Shown here piece after piece: positions 41,441 through 52,605 of a DNA stretch of 64,000 bases. A program made the translations under genes and the position numbers. A model generated the notes under the pieces. It had not been told where the DNA came from. It ran no database searches and was given only the letters and a program-made list of their open reading frames with translations. Origin of the DNA: Fibrobacterales bacterium (lineage in GTDB: Bacteria > Fibrobacterota > Fibrobacteria > Fibrobacterales > JAOPTW01); assembly GCA_051532055.1 (NCBI GenBank), contig JAOPTX010000007.1:64001-128000 (forward strand). The letters are read 5' to 3'. Each line of letters opens with the position of its first letter. Position 1 is the first letter of the stretch.

Positions 41441-42505
41441 CTATTCAACACCAAATATCTCATCTGCAATTACACCACGAAAACGGTGTATCCTCTCTGG
41501 GCTCTCCTCTCTGTTAGGCCAAGTAACATTTGAAAGGAGTACCACCGCCTTCCCTTTAGAGACATCCCCTAAAAAATGACATCCAGTAAATCCCGTCTTT
41601 CCAAAAGTCTGTTTGCTTCTGCCCACACCCATATAACGCTCTTGATTCAACTCAAAACCAAGACCTGTATAGAGGCCTATAGATTGAATCTGATTAGTCC
41701 ACACTTGTTCAGTAATAGCTTCACTTAAAAATTGAACACCATTATAAGAGCCTTTATGCAATAACATCTCCATAGGATTTAACAAATCGGGTACTGTAGA
41801 GAAAAGCCCTGCAGAACCTGCGACGAAAAGCTCTCTGAGCGCATAGGCACTTTCATCATGCACCTCACCTTGAATAATACGCTCTCGCCAAGTATCATCT
41901 TCTGAAGGAACAATGGCAGAGAGCTCGAAGCGCTCCTTTGGAAAAAAACCAGTATTGTGCATCATGAGCGGATCAAACACCTCCCTTTGAGCCGCTTCTT
42001 CGAACGGCATACTATAAAGCTCACTCATCAGAACCCCCAGCATAACACTCGAAGCATTGCAGTAACAAAAAGACTCCCCAGGTGGTAAATTAAAGGGATG
42101 AGTATAAAGCTTTTCAAGAATCTCAATAGGGGATCGATCTTTCCATCCAGCGAGGGAAAAACGATAATCAACCGTATGGGTCAAGAGATGCTTTACGAGT
42201 ACTTCTTTTACAATCCCGAGCTGATACCCGTCTATATACCTATTGACCGGGTCATCAAGTGAGAGCTCGCCCGCATCAATTAATTTTAGGGCGAGAAGTG
42301 CAGTAGGAACTGACTTTGTAATAGAAGCACAGTCGTAAAGTGACTGTTCAGCAACCGGGGTTTTATTATCGTAAGTATGAAATCCAAATGGGGCTACACT
42401 CCGTGTACCACCAACATCAACAGTACCTAAGCAACACCCTGGAAAAAGTTGATCTTCAATTGCATCAGAAATTATTTTTGAAAGAGCACTATTCAACATA
42501 CCCAA
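41441..42505 (-). CDS. Beta-lactamase-family serine hydrolase
   Basis: SITK (SxxK), LLTH, YCN (YxN), GEVHDE, GKTGFTG. Confidence 0.88.
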   Translation of the reverse strand: MGMLNSALSKIISDAIEDQLFPGCCLGTVDVGGTRSVAPFGFHTYDNKTPVAEQSLYDCASITKSVPTALLALKLIDAGELSLDDPVNRYIDGYQLGIVKEVLVKHLLTHTVDYRFSLAGWKDRSPIEILEKLYTHPFNLPPGESFCYCNASSVMLGVLMSELYSMPFEEAAQREVFDPLMMHNTGFFPKERFELSAIVPSEDDTWRERIIQGEVHDESAYALRELFVAGSAGLFSTVPDLLNPMEMLLHKGSYNGVQFLSEAITEQVWTNQIQSIGLYTGLGFELNQERYMGVGRSKQTFGKTGFTGCHFLGDVSKGKAVVLLSNVTWPNREESPERIHRFRGVIADEIFGVE

Positions 42506-42624
42506 ACCCCACTCAGTTATTGAGACAGTAATCTAAAAACTTTTATGGGTGATTGCCCTACAATTCTATGCCCTAACCTATCAGTGATCATGTTCTTGAA
42601 AGGGCCTTCACTCACAAGGCCAAC

Positions 42625-43980
42625 CTAAAACTCAATACATATCCGGCAGAAAGGATTAACCCTCCCTTGGAGGTCGTATCGAATTTTTGCCGACGCCCCT
42701 ATAGGTGCTTCATGCCCTCCAACAAAAAGGCTCACAGTAGACTTGCTACTGCTTGACACTGTTTCATCAAAGCTTGATATTGATGTATTAGAAGAAAGGA
42801 GTCGTGATGAACTTTCACCGCCCCCAAATCCATTTGACGAATCATTAAGCGATGAACTAGAATTATGAGCACTCGAACTAGATAAAACGTCACTAGAGCT
42901 ATTGTCTGAGCTCTCAACGGTACTACTCACAGAGATAACCTCAGAAGTCCCATCATCATTATTGACAATAATATCAGGATACGCAGCATCATTATCATAA
43001 CTAAGCGTTGCCCCTGCAGTACACTCTTCGCCACAGTCCTGAGGAAATGGTGGTTCATATACCCGACCATCAAAAACAAAATTGCCGTCAAGGTCCTTAA
43101 CTTTTATCAAAATCTTATCTTGCTGTGCATCAGGCATGATCCATTGTTGCCCCATATCGCCTTCCTGAGTCGCCTCAACCCAGGTCGTATCCATTCCATC
43201 TACCAAACCTTGAACAACGCCCGTAATGCCATTCGGTAGATTGGTAATGAGAAGGCGCAGCCACCCTTTTTCTTTTGAGCCTTCGGTATACCAAATATGA
43301 ATATCACCACGATATTTAGGATTCTTTACAAACCGCCATGAAACCTGGCGATTATTGAAAAACTCCGTCTCCCAGAGCCCGCTCCCCCTTAAAAATGCAA
43401 ACGGATCTATATATGAACCATCATCATATTGAAAAGCATTAAGAGACTCAGTATGAATGTCCACATGATACTTACTATCACGACACCAAACATTACCATC
43501 TGAACACTGGTCTGTTACAATGGCATACATCTTAGAACCATTCTTATCATCGCTATACCAGCCAGTATTATTATTGCAGATGGTTGTACCTTCCGCCCCC
43601 GAATTACCATATTGGCTATCACATTCATCACCTAAGGTAATCTCGATCCAGCGGCCACAATTAAAGCCGTTATTATACATTCCAAGATAAGGGTCATTCG
43701 CATCAAGTGGACGAGATCCGTAATCCCCTGGACTCTTATGATAGGAGCCCGGTTCATTAAATACATTGAGGGCCACAAAGTTATTTTCATCAAGACCAAC
43801 CAATGCACTATCTTGACCGTCATAATCAAGAACTGCCTGAGGAACGCCACAAGCACCATAAGGATCTCCTAAAACTTGAAAATGTGTCGCAGCCCCTTCT
43901 CGAATACGATTATCAGATAGATGTCCTTCATCACTAAACGATGAAACCACGAAACAGAACATTAATAGTATTAATCTCAT
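42625..43980 (-). CDS. Secreted expansin-like protein (DPBB domain plus D2-like domain), Ser-rich linker
   Basis: ATHF...YGACG, FVALN, NCGRWIEI, VTDQC, HVDI, VSWRFV; tail RYDLQGR. Confidence 0.75.
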   Translation of the reverse strand: MRLILLMFCFVVSSFSDEGHLSDNRIREGAATHFQVLGDPYGACGVPQAVLDYDGQDSALVGLDENNFVALNVFNEPGSYHKSPGDYGSRPLDANDPYLGMYNNGFNCGRWIEITLGDECDSQYGNSGAEGTTICNNNTGWYSDDKNGSKMYAIVTDQCSDGNVWCRDSKYHVDIHTESLNAFQYDDGSYIDPFAFLRGSGLWETEFFNNRQVSWRFVKNPKYRGDIHIWYTEGSKEKGWLRLLITNLPNGITGVVQGLVDGMDTTWVEATQEGDMGQQWIMPDAQQDKILIKVKDLDGNFVFDGRVYEPPFPQDCGEECTAGATLSYDNDAAYPDIIVNNDDGTSEVISVSSTVESSDNSSSDVLSSSSAHNSSSSLNDSSNGFGGGESSSRLLSSNTSISSFDETVSSSSKSTVSLFVGGHEAPIGASAKIRYDLQGRVNPFCRICIEF

Positions 43981-44135
43981 TACATTCCCTCAAATGCTAA
44001 ACAACCTCTCTTTTACCCAAAAAAGAGGCATATCTTGTGTGCCTTATTATCCAATAATATAGGTTATTAGTCTACAGATTCAAACAACCCTCTTAGGACT
44101 TTCAAATAAGAAGAAGTAGATTCATGTTTGAGCAT

Positions 44136-44168
44136 AAAAAAAGCCACCCCTGAATAACAGGAGTGGCT
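44136..44168 (-). terminator. Intrinsic terminator after the MFS gene
   Basis: A run, then AGCCACCCCTG-AATAA-CAGGAGTGGCT. Confidence 0.7.
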
Positions 44169-44191
44169 CAAAAAGGTAAATTGAAAAACTG

Positions 44192-45700
44192 TTACGCTTC
44201 TTCACCCTCGTGTTGTACTTTACCACGACGCGCTTCAAGTTCTGCACGAACTTCATGTGCACGCTCTTCCGTAAAATCATATTTCCACATTACAACAATT
44301 GCAAGAACCGCAGTAACTACTGGAACCGCAATATCAGCAATGCGTAGCATGTTAATAATTTCAGTTGCTTCAGGGATATTAAGAAGACGTTCACCTTCTT
44401 TGAGGGCATTACGAATTTCTTCAAGTCTTCCATAGCCAATACCACTGAGAACCCAACCACTCATCAGCATTGCAATTGCTGTACCAAGCTTTACAAACCA
44501 CCAGTATACCGCACCAAAAACACCTTCACGACGCTCACCAGTATTAAGTTCATCAAGGTCACACACATCGGCAGTCATTGACATCATAAGAGTAAAGAGG
44601 CCCCCGATACCAAAAGTCATTAATGGAAGTGATACAAACATCATCCAACGAGTGCTTTCATCGAGCGCTCCCTCAAAAGCCCACCACCTCATGACATATC
44701 CAACAATCGAAATAAACGTTGAGGCGATAAATGCATTCTTCTTACCCATTTTTTGGGACATTTTAGTCACAATTGGAATAACGAGAAAACAAGTAAAGAG
44801 TGCACTGATAGTACCAAACCATGCCGGATAACTACCTGACGCACCTTGATCACCATTGAAGATGTAGAACACAATAATAAAGAATGCAAACTGTGCTACA
44901 GTCTGAAAGCCATTGAACACAAGAAAAGTTGAGCTACAAAGCTGAACAAAAGGGATACATTTAAAAGCTTGCCCAATACCTTTGAAAAAGTTTTTGAGGA
45001 TCTCACCCAGTGCATCAAACGAGAGCTTTTCAGCAGTCCCATCAGGAACAACACGCTCTTTACAGAAAAGTGCAGGAACGACACCAAGAACAAGACAAAG
45101 AAGACCCACCCAAATAGCGAGGTTTCTAGAACCAACTGGTGCAGATTCATAGAGTGAAGGGTCATAAATAATTACCCAAATCCATGGAGCAATCATCCAA
45201 GCAATTTGACCAATCCATTGTGATACAGCCATAATGCGAGTACGCTCATGGAAATCAGGACTCATCTCATAGCCTAGAGCAACAAGAGGCGTTGCAAAAA
45301 TGGTATACCCTAGATAGAAAAGGAGAGAGAGAAGTAAAAAGTAAATAAAGTTATATGTTTCGCCATTTTCTGGATAGATCTGCCACATAAGCATAAATGA
45401 TACACCAGTGATAATTGCACCAACAAAGATATACGGGCGTCTTCTACCCCAGCGTGAACGAGTATTATCAGAAATATACCCCATTAACGGGTCAGTGATA
45501 GCATCCCAAAGGCGGGGGGCAGCACCGAGAAGTCCTACAAGAAATGGATCCATACCAAGGCCCATTACAAGTACAATCATAAAAACTCCAAGTGCAGCAG
45601 CAAAGAGTTGGTTTGCTAAGCTACCAACACCAAATGCTATTTTTTGCACCATTGGGATTATATCTTCAGGAGCCGTTTCGTAGTGTTTTACTTCACTCAT
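44192..45700 (-). CDS. GPH-family (MFS_2) glycoside:cation symporter
   Basis: WDAITDPLMGYISDNTRSRWGRRRPY, ERTR, ADVCDLDELNTGERREG. Confidence 0.92.
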   Translation of the reverse strand: MSEVKHYETAPEDIIPMVQKIAFGVGSLANQLFAAALGVFMIVLVMGLGMDPFLVGLLGAAPRLWDAITDPLMGYISDNTRSRWGRRRPYIFVGAIITGVSFMLMWQIYPENGETYNFIYFLLLSLLFYLGYTIFATPLVALGYEMSPDFHERTRIMAVSQWIGQIAWMIAPWIWVIIYDPSLYESAPVGSRNLAIWVGLLCLVLGVVPALFCKERVVPDGTAEKLSFDALGEILKNFFKGIGQAFKCIPFVQLCSSTFLVFNGFQTVAQFAFFIIVFYIFNGDQGASGSYPAWFGTISALFTCFLVIPIVTKMSQKMGKKNAFIASTFISIVGYVMRWWAFEGALDESTRWMMFVSLPLMTFGIGGLFTLMMSMTADVCDLDELNTGERREGVFGAVYWWFVKLGTAIAMLMSGWVLSGIGYGRLEEIRNALKEGERLLNIPEATEIINMLRIADIAVPVVTAVLAIVVMWKYDFTEERAHEVRAELEARRGKVQHEGEEA

Positions 45701-45905
45701 TCATATCACCTTTTATAAAATGTTCGTCATCTTCCCAGACAGTTGGCTAGGAAATTTAGTTAATTACCCCAAAATTCAACGGAATAAATTCCAACATTGA
45801 AACTCTCTAACCATATATCAAGTCACTATTTAGTAGGGTTACACGACGAATGGTTCTCAATCCCACCCTTTTTTGTGTAACAACAACACTGAAAATCATT
45901 AAAAC

Positions 45906-45933
45906 AAAAAAGCAGCGTTAAATCAGCTGCTTT
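45906..45933 (-). terminator. Intrinsic terminator
   Basis: AAAAAAGCAGC-N9-GCTGCTTT. Confidence 0.65.
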
Positions 45934-45955
45934 CTAAATCATTTTTAGAGAGAAT

Positions 45956-46414
45956 TTACTCGACGACAGTATACCCTAGTTTTTCAATTGTAATGTAGTC
46001 ATCACCTTTCTCTTGATCAATAGAGACCTCTATCGGACCTTTTTTTGAAGTAGGAACAGCAAACCACGTTCTAAAACGTAAACTCCCATTCATTTTTGAT
46101 TCACGGTTCTTCAGGGCACGTCCCTTACGAATAAACTGTGTTGAAAGTGTTACCTTTGCATTTTTTGGAACCATCGCATTAAGCCACAAGTAAACTTTAT
46201 CACCTTTTTTTACTGATTTTGAGTCTACTTCAACAGCACAATCATTCTTATGATCACCCTCTTTCACGACTTCTTTACAGAGCTTATATTCGACAATAAC
46301 TGCATCACTTCCTGTATAGTAGTAATCCATAACCTTCGAAACTTCTTGACCCGTTGGTTTTGCAGCCATAAGAGCAACCACGCCACACAAAACTATTCCT
46401 AACACTTTTTTCAT
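45956..46414 (-). CDS. Exported protein, DUF2914-like
   Basis: Signal peptide; LCKEV..., KVYLW and FRTW pattern. Confidence 0.5.
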   Translation of the reverse strand: MKKVLGIVLCGVVALMAAKPTGQEVSKVMDYYYTGSDAVIVEYKLCKEVVKEGDHKNDCAVEVDSKSVKKGDKVYLWLNAMVPKNAKVTLSTQFIRKGRALKNRESKMNGSLRFRTWFAVPTSKKGPIEVSIDQEKGDDYITIEKLGYTVVE

Positions 46415-46568
46415 TAGATATCCTCAATTTTCCTATTAATTGTGGCTGAAACATACAAAATTATCACCAAATACCCTTATTCCAAGCCACTTTTCATCCT
46501 GTAGAATGATTCAATATAAGCTGCGCCCAATGCATATTTCCCTTTTTTATCCCATTTGATTAATTATA

Positions 46569-47423
46569 TTGCACCCCATGCGCACACAAAAATCAAAAAC
46601 ACCAATACATACATTGTCCAGAGTATCTCTCTCTATGATACTTTTGTTTTTGATACTACCCGCCCCAGCCTTATCAGAAAATGATAACACCGGAATTGGT
46701 ATGGTGTACCCAACCACTATTCGCATTACAACTCACGAGTACTCACCCCACCACTCTCAAGACCTTCCTTTTGGAGGAGTTGCACTCCGTATTATTAAAG
46801 CGGCCTTTGCAACGGTTAATATTTCTGTTGAAATTGGATTTTTTCCAAAAAACCGAAGTGACTATCTTGCATCATCAGGGAGATGGGACGCTACACTCCC
46901 CTTTACTCATACTTCGGAAGATGAAGAATCCTACCTCATTAGTGACACCATCTATCAATCAGCAATAGTTCTCTTTTCTAGAAATAGACCAATCACTCAA
47001 TGGAGTTCATTTAAAAACTTCAGATCATTGCAACTCGGCGCAACTCATGGTCGCCACTACTCCAGAGATTTTCAAAGTGCCATTGATGCTGGACTCCTAC
47101 ACGTCGATTTTTCTATCTCAGACAAGCATAACTTCACTAAGCTCTCTCAAGGAGATATCGATCTTTTCCCTTGTGATATTGATGCAGGCTACTCTATTAT
47201 ACAGCACTTCTTTGAAGCATTACCGCAGCCTTCTTTTACTCACTCTCCCAAAATTGTAACAGTACATCCTCATTTTTTGTTAATTTCTGCAGAATCTCCC
47301 CATGCTGATTATTTTCTTCGCGCCTTTAACACAGGCCTCAAACGGCTAGCACTCGTTGGTCGACTCGACAGCTACCTCAAAGAACTCAGAAGTACCCCCC
47401 TTCTATTACAAAACCAAAAATAG
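46569..47423 (+). CDS. Periplasmic substrate-binding protein (family 3-like)
   Basis: EYSP..S..LPFGG...IIKAAF, GRWDAT, KL..GDIDLF, AFNTGL. Confidence 0.82.
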   Translation: MHPMRTQKSKTPIHTLSRVSLSMILLFLILPAPALSENDNTGIGMVYPTTIRITTHEYSPHHSQDLPFGGVALRIIKAAFATVNISVEIGFFPKNRSDYLASSGRWDATLPFTHTSEDEESYLISDTIYQSAIVLFSRNRPITQWSSFKNFRSLQLGATHGRHYSRDFQSAIDAGLLHVDFSISDKHNFTKLSQGDIDLFPCDIDAGYSIIQHFFEALPQPSFTHSPKIVTVHPHFLLISAESPHADYFLRAFNTGLKRLALVGRLDSYLKELRSTPLLLQNQK

Positions 47424-47491
47424 TTCACAAAAACAGGTCTCACCCCATCCATCTTTTAGGTGTCAATCACTTTTTTACTACCTTTAATTCT

Positions 47492-48676
47492 ATGGAACAA
47501 ATCATTGAACAATTTTCTCGCGAACTTTCAACAGCTCTTTTAGAAAAAAGATTTGTGAAAATTAGTTTCGGAAAGCCGACACAGAAAGATGGCGAATATA
47601 AAAAAGTGACTGGCCGCCTCATCCAAGCAAAAGAGAGCACACTATTGAGCCTGGCCTTTGAAACAACCACTCAAACATTTACCAGAAATTTTGATTGCAC
47701 ACTACAACACGATACCGCACTCTTAGAGCTGACCAACCTCTGTGGAGCACAGTTTAAGAACATTAATCTCTTCACGACCTCAGGCGACTTTATACTCATG
47801 TATAGTAAAAAGCTTATCCCACGCTTGCAGACAAAACCCGCGACTTTCAAGAGCCCTCGCATTGAGTTTCACAACAGAGAAAAACGACGCTATCTCGATC
47901 TCAAAAACAATGTCTATCTACGGGAATTAGGGATCACCACCCAAACAGGGCAGATCGCCCCCAGTAGACAAAATAAATTTAAACAGATTGACAAATTTGT
48001 CGAAGTCATTGATACACTCATTCAAACAAGTGCATTAAAAAAAACAACAACCCCTATTACCATTGCCGATATGGGTTCTGGCAAAGGCTATCTTACCTTT
48101 GCCCTCTATGACTACATCGCAAATTCACTGAAACTCCCCGTAGTATCTACAGGTATCGAATACCGCCAAGATCTTGTTGATGTCTGTAATTCTATTGCAA
48201 AATCAGCAGCATTTTCATCACTCACGTTTGTGCCCGGTACAATAGAATCAAACCCTCTGAAAGAGATAGACCTCCTTATTGCACTCCATGCCTGTGACAC
48301 CGCAACTGATGATGCCATTAAACAAGGAATTGATGCAGGAGCTACCATCATTGTCACTGCACCATGTTGTCATAAACAAATACGTAAAGCTATGAACGTT
48401 GAAGGCCCCCTTGCAGAGATTACCAAATACGGCATCCTAAAAGAACGCCAAGCGGAAATGATCACCGATACTATTCGTGCCCTGCTCCTCGAAGCTCATG
48501 GCTATAAAACAAAAGTCTTTGAATTTATCGCAGATGCGCACACTCATAAAAACGTCATGATAACTGCGATTAAAAGAAGTGGCACACCAGATCCTGAGCC
48601 GTTTCTCAAAAAGATTTCAGATCTCAAAGAGACCTTTGGAATATCAGAGCACTATCTTGAGAGTATACTCTCTTAA
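47492..48676 (+). CDS. SAM-dependent methyltransferase (Methyltransf_32-like)
   Basis: KFKQI, DMGSGKGYLTF, ALHACDTATD, APCCH, HTHKN. Confidence 0.88.
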   Translation: MEQIIEQFSRELSTALLEKRFVKISFGKPTQKDGEYKKVTGRLIQAKESTLLSLAFETTTQTFTRNFDCTLQHDTALLELTNLCGAQFKNINLFTTSGDFILMYSKKLIPRLQTKPATFKSPRIEFHNREKRRYLDLKNNVYLRELGITTQTGQIAPSRQNKFKQIDKFVEVIDTLIQTSALKKTTTPITIADMGSGKGYLTFALYDYIANSLKLPVVSTGIEYRQDLVDVCNSIAKSAAFSSLTFVPGTIESNPLKEIDLLIALHACDTATDDAIKQGIDAGATIIVTAPCCHKQIRKAMNVEGPLAEITKYGILKERQAEMITDTIRALLLEAHGYKTKVFEFIADAHTHKNVMITAIKRSGTPDPEPFLKKISDLKETFGISEHYLESILS

Positions 48677-48701
48677 TAAAACACTACTAGAATACATCGA
48701 T

Positions 48702-50486
48702 TCACTCTTTCGTTTTTTCATTCCATTTATAAAACCGTGCACCTACTGGCCTCCCAAGGGTAGACTCACTCTCTCCATTTAAGTGATATTGAATACCTCC
48801 TGAACGCGCTGAAAAATTGACTAAGTGATCAACTATTATGGAATCACCTTTGGGTACTTCCACACTATTTTTTAACACAATATCCTTGTAAAAAAAGCTG
48901 TAGATACCGAGCCCTATTGCAAAGTGATTTTTCACATCATCATCAACTTTATAAGACGCGTATCCTTCTCCTATTGGACTCATCCACTGATTTTGAGTTG
49001 GAGGATCATAGGGAATTTCTGATTGATAAAAGTAGACTGCACCATACTCACCCTTCCATAGTGTTTGATACTTTTGAAAATGTTCATTAAAGAGCCCATA
49101 CACCGTTACATGATCACCCGTTACTACCAGACCATGATCTGACGTATTTACTGCCCATTCGGCTCCCGCACCATGATCCGCCCTCCAAAGCCAAAGGTGG
49201 TCGGCGATTACATCACTGCTGTGTATTTCAAGACATCGCTTTGCCTTACCAGCAACCGCGCCACCAACCCTGCAAAAAAGATCACTGATCGATGTAGGGT
49301 TTTCATTGTGGCGGAGAGAGTCTCCCTCACTTCCAAACTTAAAAAGAACCTCTGACTCTTGGAGGCCTGCATCGGCAACAATACCCGCCACAACAACTCC
49401 CGGTAGATCATCAACAATAAGTGCAGCACTCCCTTTTTGAGGAATAAGAGTCGGCATTCCCAGCCCGAGTATTACCGTGTGAGCATGCTCTACATTAAGA
49501 GCGTTTTCAAGATTATATATCCCTGGAGTGAGCAAGAGGTGCTTTCCTTGCTTGAGTGCACTATTGATAGATTCAGCATTGTCTCGTTCTGGGTGTGCCA
49601 CATAAAAAGAGTCGATTGAAATAAACGTCCCATTCTCCGCACCACCAGCCCAACTCACCCCCGTCGATTCTTTCCGTACACTCGGTACAAACACCCCATA
49701 GGAACCATCATCTTGAATAGTAAGAAATGGTTTTTCTCTCACTCGGGGAGTCTTTTCGACAACTGAATACGGGCGTTCCCCCCACCGCTCGATAGGCGCA
49801 CCAGACACACCTACAAATGTCATATTCCAATTACCACCACGCCACCGCTTAATGGAACTATTCCGCATAAACCACTGTTGCTGTGAATTGGCATAAGCCT
49901 CACCTGTTATGAGGCAATTGGCTACATAGCCTCCCGAACCCCATCCATTAAGATCGTATTTCATGGATCCTTCAATATGCATCCGTCTAAAAGGGGCTGC
50001 CTGTGAAACGGCCCACACGTTGTCACCCCGCGTAATAATTTTCATATTTTCTGCAGAACGCCAAAACATTAAGGTCACGTTCATCCCGTTACCCGCAGGA
50101 CCTGTGTGAGTGAGTGATTGTACCGCACCATTTATAGTGACATCATCCGGAAGAATCCCGAGCCCTGCAACATGTGTATAATAATCAACATTAATTCGAA
50201 GCGTATATTTGCCCGGCTTAAAGAGAAGTGCATAGCGATCTTCTGAAAACTCAGCATGCTTCTGACGATCACTCACCTCATTAACTTTTTTCTGAATCTC
50301 TTTCATGTTCATGGAGTCATTAAAAACAAAAACACGTTTTCCAAAAAGTTCATTATAAGTACCATCGGTATGCTCAATGTTTTTTGACACGCCACTATCC
50401 TTTTGTACCAAGGTACAACTACTATACAACAGTGTCCCTATTCCTATACAGAACAGTCCACATAATACCCTCATGTTACTCTTCAT
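48702..50486 (-). CDS. GH55 exo-beta-1,3-glucanase (bacterial type), probable lipoprotein
   Basis: RYALLFKPG, FWRSAEN, WAVSQAAPFRR, SQQQW, WLWRADHG, GLFNEHFQ, YQSEIPYD; YSSC lipobox. ATG 50486 preferred as start. Confidence 0.88.
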   Translation of the reverse strand: MKSNMRVLCGLFCIGIGTLLYSSCTLVQKDSGVSKNIEHTDGTYNELFGKRVFVFNDSMNMKEIQKKVNEVSDRQKHAEFSEDRYALLFKPGKYTLRINVDYYTHVAGLGILPDDVTINGAVQSLTHTGPAGNGMNVTLMFWRSAENMKIITRGDNVWAVSQAAPFRRMHIEGSMKYDLNGWGSGGYVANCLITGEAYANSQQQWFMRNSSIKRWRGGNWNMTFVGVSGAPIERWGERPYSVVEKTPRVREKPFLTIQDDGSYGVFVPSVRKESTGVSWAGGAENGTFISIDSFYVAHPERDNAESINSALKQGKHLLLTPGIYNLENALNVEHAHTVILGLGMPTLIPQKGSAALIVDDLPGVVVAGIVADAGLQESEVLFKFGSEGDSLRHNENPTSISDLFCRVGGAVAGKAKRCLEIHSSDVIADHLWLWRADHGAGAEWAVNTSDHGLVVTGDHVTVYGLFNEHFQKYQTLWKGEYGAVYFYQSEIPYDPPTQNQWMSPIGEGYASYKVDDDVKNHFAIGLGIYSFFYKDIVLKNSVEVPKGDSIIVDHLVNFSARSGGIQYHLNGESESTLGRPVGARFYKWNEKTKE

Positions 50487-50543
50487 ATCTACCCCAATCA
50501 CTACTTAATGTAAATAATACATATATTACAGATCATAACGAAC

Positions 50544-50568
50544 AAAAGGTCTCCTCAGAGAGACCTTT
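50544..50568 (-). terminator. Hairpin between the two GH55 genes
   Basis: AAAGGTCTC-CTCAGA-GAGACCTTT. Confidence 0.6.
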
Positions 50569-50598
50569 ACCTACTAACTGTTCTAATAGTGTTGTTAA

Positions 50599-52605
50599 TT
50601 ATGGGCCAAAGTATCCATCAAAATGACGCATATCACCATGATTAGTTGTACCGCCTTGGTCATTGATTACATTTTCCATACCACCACCTGCATTTGAGAA
50701 GGTAACTGTTACAATATCTTCAATATGTATACCCGAAACCCTAGGGGTTTCTACAGCATTAGCCATACGTACTTCGTTATAGAAAAAACTATACATTCCC
50801 ATGCCATACGCGGCATGGTCTGTCACATCATCGCCCACTTTATAGGCTGGATACCCAGGCACGACCCCATTCATCCAGCTCTCTTGTGATGGCGGATCAT
50901 AAGGAATCTCTGATTGATAAAAATATGTTTGGCCTCTATTACCATTCCACAAGGTTTGATACTCTTGAAAATGCTCATTAAACAGACCATATACTGTAAC
51001 ATCATCGCCATTAACCACGAGCCCATGAGCGCCTTTATTTTCCTCCCACCCCCAGTTTGATCCTCTATTATTTTCATCCCAATTAACGCCCGCTCCATGA
51101 TCTGCACGCCACAGCCAAAAGTGGTCACCGATAACATTATTACTATTAATAGTAATACAACGCTCAGCCCTACCAGAGAACTGCCCCCCAATTCTACAGA
51201 AATAATCACTCACCAATATTGGATTATCAGAGTGATCCTTATTACTCCCCGGCTCACCAATCTCTAATAGTGTTTCTGAACTTGCTGGACCTGCATCAAT
51301 TACTAGCCCAGCAAGAACAATACCAGACTCATCTGCCGCAGTGAGTGCGGCCCCTCCATGCTGAGGTACCAAAGTAGGAAGCCCAAGCCCCAAAACAACT
51401 GTTTTGGCATGCGGCACCACTATTGCATCAGTAAGATTATAGATCCCTGGAGTCAAAATCAGATGTTTTCCCTTTGCAAGTTCTGCATTAATATCTGTGA
51501 CGGCATCACTTGGAAAAGCAATATAAAACGCACTTATTGGAATATGATCACCACTGAGTTCTCCATCTCTCCAATCAGTCCCCGAAACATTATAGCTTAC
51601 ATCAGGGACATATACAGAATAGTTGCCAATATCATCAATATACAACGTAGGCTTTTCTCGCATTATCGGCGCCTCATCAATCGCTGTTTCTGAGAGAGCA
51701 CTCGTCCATCCCTCTTGCGCTCCAGGAACCCCAACCCACACCACATTCCAATTCACTCCGCTCCAACCCCCTACTTCGGTGTTACGGGTAAACCACTGTT
51801 GTTGATTAAAGGCTGTAACAGTGCCTTCAATAACACTATTTGCTAAGAACCCGCCACTCGCATACCCACTACCCATATCAATCAAGAGATCACCTTTTAC
51901 ATGCATTCTTCGATACGGTGCTGCTTGAGAAACAGCCCACACAACCTCTTTTTCTGGGTGTACTTCAAAGTTTTCGGCCATTCGCCAAAACTGGGTAGTA
52001 ATGTTACCACTCGATTCTGTAGTAACAGACTGCACCGATCCTTCGATTTTTACATCACCGGGAAGGAGACCAAGCCCTGCTGCATGCATGTAGTACCCAA
52101 CATCAATGGTAAGTTGATAGGTGCCAGGCTTGAAGAGCAACGCAAACCTATTTGCACTGAATTCATCATTTGCCTGACCTGCATGTATTGATTGTATTTC
52201 ATTTGAGATGACTTGCATATCCATATCAGGAGAGTAAATTTTTACATTCGGTCCAAAATCTACTGCATAGTATTCTGTGTGAGAACTGTAACTATCTTCC
52301 GTCACATCAATAAAAGATGAGCTTTCTATTTCGGAAATAGAACTTTCATTATTTGTGGAAGACTGATCAGCTGTTACACTTGACCCTGAGCTAGAAACGA
52401 TTTCATCACTAGAGGAGTTACTCTCTTGCTCACTAGAGCTCTCTTCACTCAAATCTTCAGATGAAGCGCCTTCGCTACTGAATTCAGAGTCAGCACTTCC
52501 TGAAGAAGATACATCACCTGAATCTGTTTGTCGACCCTCTTTAGAACAAGCAAAAAGAAGTAAAACAATTGAAATTATGACAACAGACCGTTGCTCCACA
52601 GACAC
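50599..52605 (-). CDS. GH55 exo-beta-1,3-glucanase lipoprotein with an N-terminal Ser-rich linker
   Basis: LFAC lipobox, Ser/Glu linker, FWRMAEN, WAVSQAAPYRR, WLWRADHG, YQSEIPYD. Confidence 0.9.
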   Translation of the reverse strand: MSVEQRSVVIISIVLLLFACSKEGRQTDSGDVSSSGSADSEFSSEGASSEDLSEESSSEQESNSSSDEIVSSSGSSVTADQSSTNNESSISEIESSSFIDVTEDSYSSHTEYYAVDFGPNVKIYSPDMDMQVISNEIQSIHAGQANDEFSANRFALLFKPGTYQLTIDVGYYMHAAGLGLLPGDVKIEGSVQSVTTESSGNITTQFWRMAENFEVHPEKEVVWAVSQAAPYRRMHVKGDLLIDMGSGYASGGFLANSVIEGTVTAFNQQQWFTRNTEVGGWSGVNWNVVWVGVPGAQEGWTSALSETAIDEAPIMREKPTLYIDDIGNYSVYVPDVSYNVSGTDWRDGELSGDHIPISAFYIAFPSDAVTDINAELAKGKHLILTPGIYNLTDAIVVPHAKTVVLGLGLPTLVPQHGGAALTAADESGIVLAGLVIDAGPASSETLLEIGEPGSNKDHSDNPILVSDYFCRIGGQFSGRAERCITINSNNVIGDHFWLWRADHGAGVNWDENNRGSNWGWEENKGAHGLVVNGDDVTVYGLFNEHFQEYQTLWNGNRGQTYFYQSEIPYDPPSQESWMNGVVPGYPAYKVGDDVTDHAAYGMGMYSFFYNEVRMANAVETPRVSGIHIEDIVTVTFSNAGGGMENVINDQGGTTNHGDMRHFDGYFGP

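Noticed and set aside
41441..42505. Antibiotic-resistance beta-lactamase
   Set aside because: No signal peptide, and the motifs fit the broad esterase/peptidase serine hydrolase family. Resistance cannot be inferred.
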